A stretch of DNA of 64,000 nucleotides from a virus. The stretch covers positions 32,001-96,000 of the IMG/VR virus record IMGVR_UViG_3300043823_000198; one strand, 5' to 3'. Positions within the stretch are counted from its first letter, which is position 1; each line of letters begins with the position of its first letter. Positions 8,018 to 17,422 of the stretch are shown here, one piece after another. The notes below the pieces were generated by a model. That model did no database searches and had not been told where the DNA came from. It worked only from the letters and a program-made list of their open reading frames with translations. Made by a program: the position numbers and the translations under genes.

Positions 8018-8436
8018 TATTTCTCTCCTTGCATATTCTTAATCATTTTACTTAATTCTGCTGTACTTCCTACGAAAACAGCATTATTGATCACTTTGTC
8101 AGCAACCTTACCATTTACACTATCAATCTTTTGTTTTTGCTGGTGAATATCTAGCAATTGTTGGTTTACATCAGCAAGTTGTTTCATTAAATTACCAACA
8201 ACTTCAAACGCTCTTGGATGTTCAGATTGTTTAGCAACTTCAAGCGCATGCATTAACGCATTCTGGCCAGTAATGAGAAGTTCTCTTAGATTATCTCTGG
8301 CATGTTCATAATCGTTTTCAATTTTACCCTCTGTAGTTTTTACAATCTCTCCAGTGGTATTATCAATCACTTCAGTTTTTGGTTTTTCTTGAGGTATTAA
8401 ATCAAATACCTCTGATAATGAATCATCAATTTTCAT
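8017..8436 (-). CDS. gp16: Terminase small subunit gp16
   Basis: DYEHARDNL, AKQSEHPRAFEV, NNAVFVGSTAEL. Confidence 0.92.
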   Translation of the reverse strand: MKIDDSLSEVFDLIPQEKPKTEVIDNTTGEIVKTTEGKIENDYEHARDNLRELLITGQNALMHALEVAKQSEHPRAFEVVGNLMKQLADVNQQLLDIHQQKQKIDSVNGKVADKVINNAVFVGSTAELSKMIKNMQGEK

Positions 8437-8437
8437 T

Positions 8438-8947
8438 TTATATGTCGTTTCTAGAGTTTCTCATTGGTGGATCTCCAGCAGTTGTATTTATTGTTGGACG
8501 TGGAATTGGAGTAGGCATTGGTCTTGGGATTGGTGCTGGTGTTGGAGCAGGTACACTTCCAACGCTGCTTGGTGTAGGTGCTGTTGGGGTTGCGACTGGC
8601 GTAGGTGTGCTAGGTGTTGTTGGCACTGTTGGTACGCTGGATGGAATTGAGAGGCCACCATTATTTGCTCCATTCAATTTCTCTTGAGTTCTACCGTAAG
8701 CTGCGATACCAAGAACAGCGCCCATGGCGACGTGAAATAAACCAGCACCTTGTAGCGTTAATGGCTGCCATTGTGTTTGAACTGAACCATGGCTTACACT
8801 TTGTAAAATACTCCATAAAATTGGAGCTAACATAAAGTCAAAACCACAAACAGCCATGTACATCCATCCCATCATTGGACGCCATTTACTATTCATCCAG
8901 TCTTCTTTTTTCTTTTCGCTTGCGCTCATTTCTTGATGATTTGACAT
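8438..8947 (-). CDS. Holin (GTA-type 3TM-like) with Pro/Thr-rich tail
   Basis: WRPMMGWMY..FDFMLAP, WQPLTLQGAGLFHVAMGAVLGIAAYGRTQEK. Confidence 0.75.
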   Translation of the reverse strand: MSNHQEMSASEKKKEDWMNSKWRPMMGWMYMAVCGFDFMLAPILWSILQSVSHGSVQTQWQPLTLQGAGLFHVAMGAVLGIAAYGRTQEKLNGANNGGLSIPSSVPTVPTTPSTPTPVATPTAPTPSSVGSVPAPTPAPIPRPMPTPIPRPTINTTAGDPPMRNSRNDI

Positions 8948-8948
8948 T

Positions 8949-9650
8949 TTAGAATTTAATTAAATTTGGAAGTTTTGATACCAGTGCTGCTCCAGCAGCA
9001 CCAATTGCGAAATTTGATAATCTAGATGTGAATGAAGATTGAATTGGATCTCCATTACTTGTTACATTAGCATAAGGATTAACAGGAAACGTATTATTGT
9101 GAACCTGGTATGTTGCTGTATTTGATTGCGTTATTTGTGGATATGTTTGATACCATTTATATGCAAAATTTACGGAGAGTTTCATTATATCTTTTGCTGC
9201 ATAATCTAATTGAACAGCACCAATACTTTTTGGATATGCCTCATATAAAGATACCATATATGTTGTGTTATCGAATGTGTCTTGAACGTATATGTCGATA
9301 TCAGTAACATAATTATCATAATAATTAAACTGACGTGTTACAGGATCCATAATTTGTGCTTGCCATTGATCAAATAAGTTTTTAACCTGCATGTCTTTAT
9401 CAACATAAAAAGACATATTGATGTCTTCATACAGTTTTTCATATGGAGCTTTTCTAACTTCTCCATATGTTCTTGTATCGCTTGTGTTATAATTTATACC
9501 AGGTAATTGTATTTGATCGCAAAACAAAAGAGCTGCTCTCAACGTATAGTTATCGAACTGAAAGGGTAAGTTTACATTAACAGCATACCTGTTAGTTCTT
9601 GCCATACCATTAGTTTTTACTTGAGCAATAAAATCGTTTATGTTAGCCAT
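8949..9650 (-). CDS. gp54: Baseplate-tail tube junction gp54 (tube-fold paralogue)
   Basis: GMARTNRY, CDQIQLPG, EAYPKSIGAVQLDY, VNFAYKW. Confidence 0.8.
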   Translation of the reverse strand: MANINDFIAQVKTNGMARTNRYAVNVNLPFQFDNYTLRAALLFCDQIQLPGINYNTSDTRTYGEVRKAPYEKLYEDINMSFYVDKDMQVKNLFDQWQAQIMDPVTRQFNYYDNYVTDIDIYVQDTFDNTTYMVSLYEAYPKSIGAVQLDYAAKDIMKLSVNFAYKWYQTYPQITQSNTATYQVHNNTFPVNPYANVTSNGDPIQSSFTSRLSNFAIGAAGAALVSKLPNLIKF

Positions 9651-10252
9651 TATGCTTTTCTTATAATTTTTCTGGAATCTGCCCAGACTTGTTGTTTAGA
9701 CGCTCCGACAAAACGCTCTACTGGTAACAACATAGCAGTTGCCCAATCCTCTGAGTATATTTGTCTGAATTGACTTCGTACATGACCAGATAAATAATGT
9801 TTTACGCAAGGTTTAGCTGCTGCGTACCTAGAAACACCATCAATTAACGCCCAGCTATATTTAATCTTTGTTGTTTTATCCCAACGACTGTTGTTTTTAA
9901 AAATAAGCAAATTATCAAGTAATTTAATTCTAAGATCGTAGGGTAGATAATGCATATTTAATCCAAGAAAACCATCTGGCATCTTTCTAAATGGAAAAAC
10001 CAGAGGAAATCTATCATAATAAGGTAGCTCTTCTTTCAACTTTGGATCATAAATATACATATACAGGCTTCCAGGCATAATCGCATTTTTCAGATCAGCT
10101 GGTTCACCTTTCAAGACTTTATTTGGTGTGATGTTCTGCTGCGCCATTGACGCTACTTGTTTTTCGAACCAGCTTCTAGATCTTTTAACAGCGGTCAAAA
10201 GATCGTATTTATTTTGGTCAAAAACGTCTTGAATTGGTTTTTTTATTGCCAT
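9650..10252 (-). CDS. gp2: DNA end protector gp2
   Basis: YDPKLKEELPYYDRFPLV, GLNMHYLP, CVKHYL. Confidence 0.93.
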   Translation of the reverse strand: MAIKKPIQDVFDQNKYDLLTAVKRSRSWFEKQVASMAQQNITPNKVLKGEPADLKNAIMPGSLYMYIYDPKLKEELPYYDRFPLVFPFRKMPDGFLGLNMHYLPYDLRIKLLDNLLIFKNNSRWDKTTKIKYSWALIDGVSRYAAAKPCVKHYLSGHVRSQFRQIYSEDWATAMLLPVERFVGASKQQVWADSRKIIRKA

Positions 10253-10258
10253 AATGAC

Positions 10259-10266
10259 TATTTAGT
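10259..10266 (-). promoter_or_regulatory. Late promoter-like motif (ACTAAATA) for gp2
   Basis: 6 nt upstream of gp2 ATG. Confidence 0.6.
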
Positions 10267-10703
10267 TAAATCAGTCCGAGTTCTTTCTCTGTTATGATTT
10301 TGAATTCCCAACCACGGTCTTTACAGTATTCTTTTGCAGCAGCCCATTTTGCTTGATTTTTTATGAATGTCATCGATTCAGTTAGATATCTTTTGGTTTG
10401 TCTACCAGGATAAACTGGTGGTTCACATTGTTTCGCTGGTTTTACCTCAACAAGATATCGCTTTAATGAACCATCTTTTTGTTTAACTTGGATATTAAAA
10501 TCCACAAAATAACGATGTATTTTGTCATCAGTTGGGCAACGATATGGAATAACAGTTTCTTCTGAATTCCATTTTAATATACTTGGATTATGATCGCACC
10601 AAGTGGCAAACCTAGTTTCCCAACTTGAACGCATTATAATATTTGTTGGATCTCCAATATACTTTTCTGGATGTAATGGTTTGTATACTCTTTTGTGAAA
10701 CAT
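10266..10703 (-). CDS. gp4: Head completion nuclease gp4
   Basis: PEKYIGD, RSSWE, WNSEE..IPY, HRYFVDF, EVKP, NQAKW, TEKEL (TnsA-like). Confidence 0.95.
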   Translation of the reverse strand: MFHKRVYKPLHPEKYIGDPTNIIMRSSWETRFATWCDHNPSILKWNSEETVIPYRCPTDDKIHRYFVDFNIQVKQKDGSLKRYLVEVKPAKQCEPPVYPGRQTKRYLTESMTFIKNQAKWAAAKEYCKDRGWEFKIITEKELGLI

Positions 10704-10739
10704 AAATATTGATTGTAAATAATAACCCTTCTATTTAGA
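10701..10739. promoter_or_regulatory. Divergent late promoter region between gp4 and gp48
   Basis: CATAAATA on + (10701-08) and TCTAAATA on - (10739-32) within ~40 nt. Confidence 0.65.
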
Positions 10740-10743
10740 TAAA

Positions 10744-11868
10744 ATGGCAAATACCGATCAACTTACCTCTGCTACTTCTGGTGGTTTACTTAATGTAGCA
10801 GCTACAGCAAACGGAGCACTAGCAGCATCCTCTCTTCGAACAGCAACTGGAACTGCAACTACGTTTGATTCAAACACGTACCAAACACAACAATATAGTT
10901 ACCCAGCAGACCTATTCGATCCAACAGGACAGTATGGTGGAAATTATGTAATTTTTTATATTAATGTATCTGCTGATTCAAAATTATATAAATCCAATCC
11001 AACAAATGTTGTTAATAACATATCTAAACGAGATCAGGGAGATTTAGTTGGTCAGAATATTAATCTAACAACTGCAAATGCCACAACTGGCGCTATAGAG
11101 GGTGCTGTTGGTGGTGGTTTATTGGCTGGTAATCTTAAAGGTGCTGGTGTTGGTGCTGCTACAGGTGCAGTTGCTGGTGCGGCTGTAGGTGGATTACTTT
11201 CTAGTATGGGAACATCAAGAGCAAATAAACGTCTTAAGACTGCGATTGCTTTACATATTCCAAACGATTTGTCTATTAGTTATGGTGTTCAGTGGTCGGA
11301 AGAAGATACTGCTGCTCTTGCAATGGGTGGTGCTGCGAGTGAAGAAGTTATTAAAGCAATCACAACTGGTGGTAAAAATTCAGACGTAACTGGTGTCGGT
11401 GCTGCGATTTTAGCGAACCTTGCTCTTTCAAAAGCGCCAAACGCTGGCGCCAATTCTGCTGCGACTGGCTTGGCAGCAAATCCAAAGAAAGAACAGGTCT
11501 TTAAGGGTGTTGATTTTAGGACATTCAGTTTTGATTATAAGTTTTTTCCAAGAAATTCAACAGAATCACAGTATGTTTTGAATATTATTCAGGAATTCAA
11601 ATATCACATGCATCCTGAATTCAAAGATACAAATAACTTTTTGTATATTTACCCTTCTGAGTTTGATATTATGTACTATCAAAATGGTACTGAAAATTTA
11701 AATTTACATCGTCACACTTCTGCAGTTTTGACGCATATGAGTGTTAACTATACACCAAACGGAATGTTCAATACGTTTGCAGATGGTATGCCAACGCAGA
11801 TTGATGTTAAATTAGATTTCCGTGAATTGGCTCTATTGACAAAAGATAAAGTTAAGGCAGGTCTATAA
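10744..11868 (+). CDS. gp48: Baseplate tail tube cap gp48
   Basis: YSYPADL, IALHIP, NPKKEQVFKGVDFRTFSFDYKFFPR, VNYTP, GMPTQI. Confidence 0.9.
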   Translation: MANTDQLTSATSGGLLNVAATANGALAASSLRTATGTATTFDSNTYQTQQYSYPADLFDPTGQYGGNYVIFYINVSADSKLYKSNPTNVVNNISKRDQGDLVGQNINLTTANATTGAIEGAVGGGLLAGNLKGAGVGAATGAVAGAAVGGLLSSMGTSRANKRLKTAIALHIPNDLSISYGVQWSEEDTAALAMGGAASEEVIKAITTGGKNSDVTGVGAAILANLALSKAPNAGANSAATGLAANPKKEQVFKGVDFRTFSFDYKFFPRNSTESQYVLNIIQEFKYHMHPEFKDTNNFLYIYPSEFDIMYYQNGTENLNLHRHTSAVLTHMSVNYTPNGMFNTFADGMPTQIDVKLDFRELALLTKDKVKAGL

Positions 11869-12362
11869 TGTATTTCGAAAATTTTCCACAAATGCTTTAT
11901 GATTACCAGGTTGGTAATAATATTGAAGTATTTTTAATGACAGATATTACAAGAAATATTCGTTTTAGAACAGAAGTTCTTAGTAATATTACTGTTTATG
12001 ATTATTATGATATTATTGATGGCGAAACACCAGAGATTATTTCAGATAAAATTTATGGAACCCCAGAGTATCATTGGGTAATAATGCTGGCGAATGATCT
12101 TTATGATTATAGAGCAGATTTTCCATTGTCATATGATGCTCTTGAACAATACATAACAGACAAGTATGGTTCAAATGCAGATTCAATTCATCATTGGCAA
12201 GATCCAACTGGTCAATTCGTTGTTGATCAAACATATAGTGGCGCAACTTCAGTTTCAAACAGACAATATGAAGAAACGTTGAACGAAACAAAACGAAGAA
12301 TTAAAATAATATCACCATCTTTAATTCAACAAGTATTAATGAATTATCAAGATCAACTATAA
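11868..12362 (+). CDS. gp53: Baseplate wedge gp53
   Basis: MYFENFP, DGETPEIISDKIYG..YHWVI, NETKRRIKI (LysM-like). Confidence 0.93.
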   Translation: MYFENFPQMLYDYQVGNNIEVFLMTDITRNIRFRTEVLSNITVYDYYDIIDGETPEIISDKIYGTPEYHWVIMLANDLYDYRADFPLSYDALEQYITDKYGSNADSIHHWQDPTGQFVVDQTYSGATSVSNRQYEETLNETKRRIKIISPSLIQQVLMNYQDQL

Positions 12363-13648
12363 TGCAATCAGGATCAACCAAACTTCGCTTTGCTGGCGAT
12401 GTAAGTATAGATAAAGCGTTAATTGTTACTCGTGCTGGCGTTCAGCAAGACGTAACAGCTCAGATTATCGCAGTATCCATTTATGAAGATATATTTTCTC
12501 AATTCATGACAGGTTCTATTATTTTAAAAGAATCTTTTGATTTTGTAAATTTATTTCCATTTGCTGGAGAAGAAACCCTTAGATTACAAATTTCAACACC
12601 ATCGCTAAATGTTGGTAATATTGTTGGAGATTTTTATATCTACAAATTATCAGATAGAGAATTGATTGGTGATAGAAATGTTGTGTATCAATTACATTTT
12701 ATATCAATGGAAGCTATTGTTGATCTTAATAAGAAAATTAGTAAGGTGTATAGTGGCGCTCCATCAGATATCGTTAAATCAGTTATTACTGATAAAATAA
12801 ATGGGCTTGAGAGTGGAAAACGAGTTCAGGTTGAACCAACTTCAAGAGACATTGCTTTTATTTCTAATTTTTGGCAACCATCGAAAATTATTCAATATGC
12901 AACAGATATTGCTATTAACAAAAACAATTCTCCTAGTTATGTGTTTTTTGAAAATAGAGATGGTTTCTATTTTGCCAGTCTAGATACTTTATACGCAAAC
13001 CCTGTTTATGCTGAGTTTGTGTATGACAAGTATACGAGAGATGCTCTACCAATGGGAGAAGACGTTCGTGATGTTGTAGAAGATTTCAAACGCATTGATC
13101 ATATAAGCATTCCTACTGGTTTTGATTACATGGACAGAATTAGAAGTGGATTGTTTTCTTCTAAAATCGTTTCTTTTGATTTAACAAAAAAACAATATAA
13201 TGTTAAAAATTTTACAATGTTTGATAATTTCCAGAAACAGAATCATCTAAACAAATACAATATAGCAAACACAAATTCAATTTTTAAAACAAATTCATTG
13301 CTAATAAATTATCCAAGAGATAACGCAAACTTCAGTGGATTTAATGATGTTACTAATTATAAAAATGAACAACAAAGAATATCTTTATTAAAAGCAGCAG
13401 AAGCAAATAAGATTCAAATTGTGGTTCCAGGAAGATGTGATTATACTGTTGGACAAAAGATGAAAATTACTTTATATAAAGTTGACCCAACTTCAGCGAA
13501 AGATAGCGATTCTGATCTTGTGGATAAGATGTTTTCTGGAAATTATATTTTATCTGCAATAAATCACTATATTACAAGAGAAAGACATGAATGTAATATG
13601 GAACTAATAAAAGACACTCTAATGATGAGTATTGATGGAACCAAATAA
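12362..13648 (+). CDS. Baseplate hub protein (gp27-like)
   Basis: IYEDIF..MTGSI, GEE.L, YVFFENRDGFYF.SL, SGNYIL.AINH; lies between gp53 and gp5. Confidence 0.75.
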   Translation: MQSGSTKLRFAGDVSIDKALIVTRAGVQQDVTAQIIAVSIYEDIFSQFMTGSIILKESFDFVNLFPFAGEETLRLQISTPSLNVGNIVGDFYIYKLSDRELIGDRNVVYQLHFISMEAIVDLNKKISKVYSGAPSDIVKSVITDKINGLESGKRVQVEPTSRDIAFISNFWQPSKIIQYATDIAINKNNSPSYVFFENRDGFYFASLDTLYANPVYAEFVYDKYTRDALPMGEDVRDVVEDFKRIDHISIPTGFDYMDRIRSGLFSSKIVSFDLTKKQYNVKNFTMFDNFQKQNHLNKYNIANTNSIFKTNSLLINYPRDNANFSGFNDVTNYKNEQQRISLLKAAEANKIQIVVPGRCDYTVGQKMKITLYKVDPTSAKDSDSDLVDKMFSGNYILSAINHYITRERHECNMELIKDTLMMSIDGTK

Positions 13649-16600
13649 TGATATACACAGGAATTGTTGAAAATAGATCAGATCCTCTACAACTTGGTCG
13701 TTGCCAAGTTCGTATCGTAGGATTACATACTCATGACAAAACACAGTTAACAACATCTCAGCTGCCATGGGCAACACCAATTCAATCTATCTCTTCTGCA
13801 GCGATGAATGGTATTGGATTTACGCCTCTTGGTCCAGTTGAAGGTACTACTGTTATTATTGTGTTTGCAGATTATGATAAACAACAACCATTAATTGTTG
13901 GTACTGTTGGTGGTATCCCGCAAACACCTGTTGCTATCTCAGCTGATGATAATGATGTTGCTGTAAATGCATCAACAAAAGTTTCTGACATATCTTTAAC
14001 AACTATTGTTGGTCCAGTTACAGGAAAACAATTAACATTTACAGATCCAACTGGTAATACAAACCTAACAACAGGTCTTACAGCAAATATGTTTGTTGTT
14101 GGTTATGGATTATCCAGTACTTGTTTCATTGTTTCTGTTGATAGTGGAACTCAAATTACGATCAGCGAACCAGTTACTGGTTATGGTCAAAATATTATTA
14201 CATTTAAAGCAGCGCCAACTAATCTTGCAGCTGTTGCTCAAAGTAAGGCATTAAATGTTGTTACTGACAGTTCAGGAAACCCTGTTGTTTCTGGTAATGG
14301 CCAACCTGTAACAACAGGAACTACTTCTGTTACTCCGAGCGCAGTTAATAGTTCCATTCCAACAGTGCCTCCACCAAAGTCTGTATCAAACACAGCAATG
14401 GCAACTGCAGGTATTAATGCTTTAATCGCCGCATGCGATAAAGTTGGTCTAACAACTAAAGAACAAAAGTGTTCATTGCTCGGTATCGCAGGTGGTGAAA
14501 GTGGATGGATACCTCAATTAGAATCTTACAATTATTCTAAGACTAGACTTAAACAAATCTTCTCTTTCTTGAGCGATGCTGACGTTGAACAATATTCAGA
14601 TGCGCAAAAGAAAGGATTAACAAGAGAACAATTCTTCAGCGTTATCTATGGTCCAACTCGTAGAGGTAAAGGATTCCTAGGAAATCTTACTGACGCTGAC
14701 GGTGGTATGTATTATGGTCGTGGGTTTATTCAGTTGACAGGTCGTGGTAATTATAAGCGATATAATGATCTAGCCAATAATATGGGTTTGAATATTGATA
14801 TTCTGAATAACCCAGATTCTCTTGATGCAGATTTGAATGTTTCAGCGATAGTTGCTGCTCTTTATATCAAAGATCGTGTTCCTTCGGCAGTAAGTCCAAC
14901 TGATAATCCTGGATTTTTCTATGCTGCAAAAAAAGCAGTTGGTGTTAACTCTCCAGATATTGCTGCCAGAAAACTTTCTTACTATCAATATTTTTATGGA
15001 GCAGAAGCAACTGGTTCTGTTGAAAAATCTGCTGGTTCTCCAGCGCCAGAACCACCACCAAATAATGCGCCAGTAACTCCTGGACCATCTCCTGATAGTA
15101 TTGCTCGTGGGACAGATAATACTGGTTTCAGAGACCCAAATAACAAATATCCTTTACCAGATTATGTAAATGAACCAGATACAAATCGTCTCGCTCGTGG
15201 TATTATAAAAGGAACTGTCGTTGAATTAAAAGATGGAACTAGGGATCAGGGTATTCCAATTGCGCTTGATGGTGGAACATGGGATCAACCTCTTTCTGCG
15301 TATGGTTCAAAATATCCATTCAATAAAGTAATGGAAACTGAGTCAGGACATATTCAAGAATTTGATGACACTCCTGGACAAGAACGTATACACACTTATC
15401 ATAGAGCAGGAACTTATCATGAGATTGACCCAAATGGATCTGAGACAGTATTTATCAATGGTGAATCATATGTCATTATGCTCAGAAACAATTTCGTTCA
15501 TATTCAGGGTGATTGTAATTTAACTGTTGCTGGTAATGTAAACATATACGCTCAATCTGATGCAAACATTCAAGTAGAAGGCGACGCTACATTACAGGTT
15601 GGAAATAATCTGGCAGTTGGTGTTGCGAATGATTTTAGTTTGGCTGTGGGTGGGGATATTCAGATTAAAGCAGCTGGTAATTTTGACATTGCTGCTGATA
15701 ATATGACAGTCAACTCTACTAATAATTTGTTAATGCAATCTGGAGAAGAAACTAGTATTAATGCTGATTCTGTTAATATTGAATCATCAGCTGACACTAA
15801 TATTCTTGCTGGTGGAACTTTATATGCAGATTACAGTCAGGGTCAGTTTGGTAACGGAGCTGAATCTGCTGAAACTGTTGATGACTTCGATTTACCACCC
15901 CCAGATCCTGGTAATCCTCTTTACCCAGATGTTCCAGAATTACAACCACCAGATCGAGAAACTGAACAACTTGCTGCTGCTGAAACACCAGAAGATTATG
16001 CAACACCTGAAGGTAGGGCATTTGCTAATACGCAGGCTCAGGATACAGGAGTTCCAAATCCAACTCCACCAGCAGTTGATACTTCTGCTCAAACTACACC
16101 GACAGGTGGTTCAAACAACAACGTTCCTGTTGATTGTAAAGTGATTTATGGAACAACTAACTTTACAGACGACTATCGTTTATCTCCAAACTTTACACTT
16201 GGAATGTTAATTTCTGGTGGTTTAGCTGGTCCACATAAACTCGTTGATCAGGTTCTTAAGGATTCGCCAACTGCCCAAGAACGTGTTTACACTGTACAAG
16301 AAATTGTATGTAATATGGCAATGCTCGCGCAGAATCTACTTGAACCAGCTCTTGCAGTTCTTCCAGGTGGAATTGGTGGATATGGTAAACAATGGAAAGT
16401 TACTTCTGGGTATAGATTAAAAGGTGTTGTTAAACAAGAATCTCCAACATCAGATCACTGTAAAGGTATGGCAGTTGATATTGCGTTAATGTTACCAGAT
16501 CGTTATAATGCCACATACAATATGATTCAACAGATTGAACCAATAGTTCCTTATGATCAATTGATTCTTGAGTATCGTTTCAAAGACCAAGTTTGGATGC

Positions 16601-16722
16601 ATATGTCATACAAATCTAAAGGTTCTAGAAAGATGGCGTTTACTATGGCGAACGATAAAACATATCAAACAAACGGATTTGCCCTATTAACTGATGGCGC
16701 ATCTCCTCCACAGAAAGCGTAA
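13648..16722 (+). CDS. gp5: Baseplate spike gp5 with GH19-like muramidase and C-terminal M15-type peptidase
   Basis: OB fold GIVENRSDPLQLGRCQVR; YYGRGFIQLTGRGNY; YPFNKVMETESGH..EFDDTPGQERIH; beta-helix repeats; TSGYR, SDH..GMAVD, WMHMS. Confidence 0.92.
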   Translation: MIYTGIVENRSDPLQLGRCQVRIVGLHTHDKTQLTTSQLPWATPIQSISSAAMNGIGFTPLGPVEGTTVIIVFADYDKQQPLIVGTVGGIPQTPVAISADDNDVAVNASTKVSDISLTTIVGPVTGKQLTFTDPTGNTNLTTGLTANMFVVGYGLSSTCFIVSVDSGTQITISEPVTGYGQNIITFKAAPTNLAAVAQSKALNVVTDSSGNPVVSGNGQPVTTGTTSVTPSAVNSSIPTVPPPKSVSNTAMATAGINALIAACDKVGLTTKEQKCSLLGIAGGESGWIPQLESYNYSKTRLKQIFSFLSDADVEQYSDAQKKGLTREQFFSVIYGPTRRGKGFLGNLTDADGGMYYGRGFIQLTGRGNYKRYNDLANNMGLNIDILNNPDSLDADLNVSAIVAALYIKDRVPSAVSPTDNPGFFYAAKKAVGVNSPDIAARKLSYYQYFYGAEATGSVEKSAGSPAPEPPPNNAPVTPGPSPDSIARGTDNTGFRDPNNKYPLPDYVNEPDTNRLARGIIKGTVVELKDGTRDQGIPIALDGGTWDQPLSAYGSKYPFNKVMETESGHIQEFDDTPGQERIHTYHRAGTYHEIDPNGSETVFINGESYVIMLRNNFVHIQGDCNLTVAGNVNIYAQSDANIQVEGDATLQVGNNLAVGVANDFSLAVGGDIQIKAAGNFDIAADNMTVNSTNNLLMQSGEETSINADSVNIESSADTNILAGGTLYADYSQGQFGNGAESAETVDDFDLPPPDPGNPLYPDVPELQPPDRETEQLAAAETPEDYATPEGRAFANTQAQDTGVPNPTPPAVDTSAQTTPTGGSNNNVPVDCKVIYGTTNFTDDYRLSPNFTLGMLISGGLAGPHKLVDQVLKDSPTAQERVYTVQEIVCNMAMLAQNLLEPALAVLPGGIGGYGKQWKVTSGYRLKGVVKQESPTSDHCKGMAVDIALMLPDRYNATYNMIQQIEPIVPYDQLILEYRFKDQVWMHMSYKSKGSRKMAFTMANDKTYQTNGFALLTDGASPPQKA

Positions 16723-17016
16723 ATGGGAAATCTAGCATACAAAGGTGTTATGAGTACAGGGAAGAATGGTGGTGGACCATCTGCTCTTACACATAAAATA
16801 CAATGTACCAAAAGTTATGTTGGCGGTATTATAATCGGTGTTGTTGGAGATCAATTCGACACACAACCAATAACAAATGATCATGACAGTCAGAGACAGA
16901 TAGTTGCAGGAGCATCGAAAACATTTTTTGAAGGAAATGCCGCTGCAAGGATAAACGACCCCCTCCAAGATGGCGATTCTATTGCTCAAGGTAATGCAAA
17001 AACAACTGTAGAATAA
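16723..17016 (+). CDS. PAAR spike-tip protein (gp5.4-like)
   Basis: GASKTFFEGNAAARINDP..GDSIAQG; directly after gp5. Confidence 0.8.
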   Translation: MGNLAYKGVMSTGKNGGGPSALTHKIQCTKSYVGGIIIGVVGDQFDTQPITNDHDSQRQIVAGASKTFFEGNAAARINDPLQDGDSIAQGNAKTTVE

Positions 17017-17024
17017 CCTAAATA
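17017..17024 (+). promoter_or_regulatory. Late promoter-like motif (CCTAAATA) for gp25
   Basis: Fills the intergenic gap, 5 nt before ATG. Confidence 0.6.
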
Positions 17025-17029
17025 AGCAT

Positions 17030-17422
17030 ATGGCAATCAATACAAGAACATTTTCAGATATAGATTTTAATTTTATTCCAAATCCTGTAACTGGTGATTT
17101 GGTTCTTCGTTTGGACGACGATGCAGTTAAAAATTCAGTTAAAAATCTTATTCTTACTTCTTTTTACGAGAGACCTTTTCACAGCGAAGTTGGTGCTCCG
17201 ATAAAAAGTATGCTATTTGAGCCAGCAACTCCAATGCTTGGTTCTATGATAAAACAAGCAATCATTAACACGATTAACAATTATGAACCAAGAGTCAACC
17301 TTTCTGATGTTATTGTTAACTCATCACCAGACGATTACTCGGTGTATATTACCATTGAATATACAATTTTAAATAGCACTGAACCACTTACCCTAGACTT
17401 AACATTACAAAGATCTCGATAA
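17030..17422 (+). CDS. gp25: Baseplate wedge gp25
   Basis: FSDIDFNF, AVKNSVKNLILT..YERPF, NYEPRV. Confidence 0.95.
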   Translation: MAINTRTFSDIDFNFIPNPVTGDLVLRLDDDAVKNSVKNLILTSFYERPFHSEVGAPIKSMLFEPATPMLGSMIKQAIINTINNYEPRVNLSDVIVNSSPDDYSVYITIEYTILNSTEPLTLDLTLQRSR

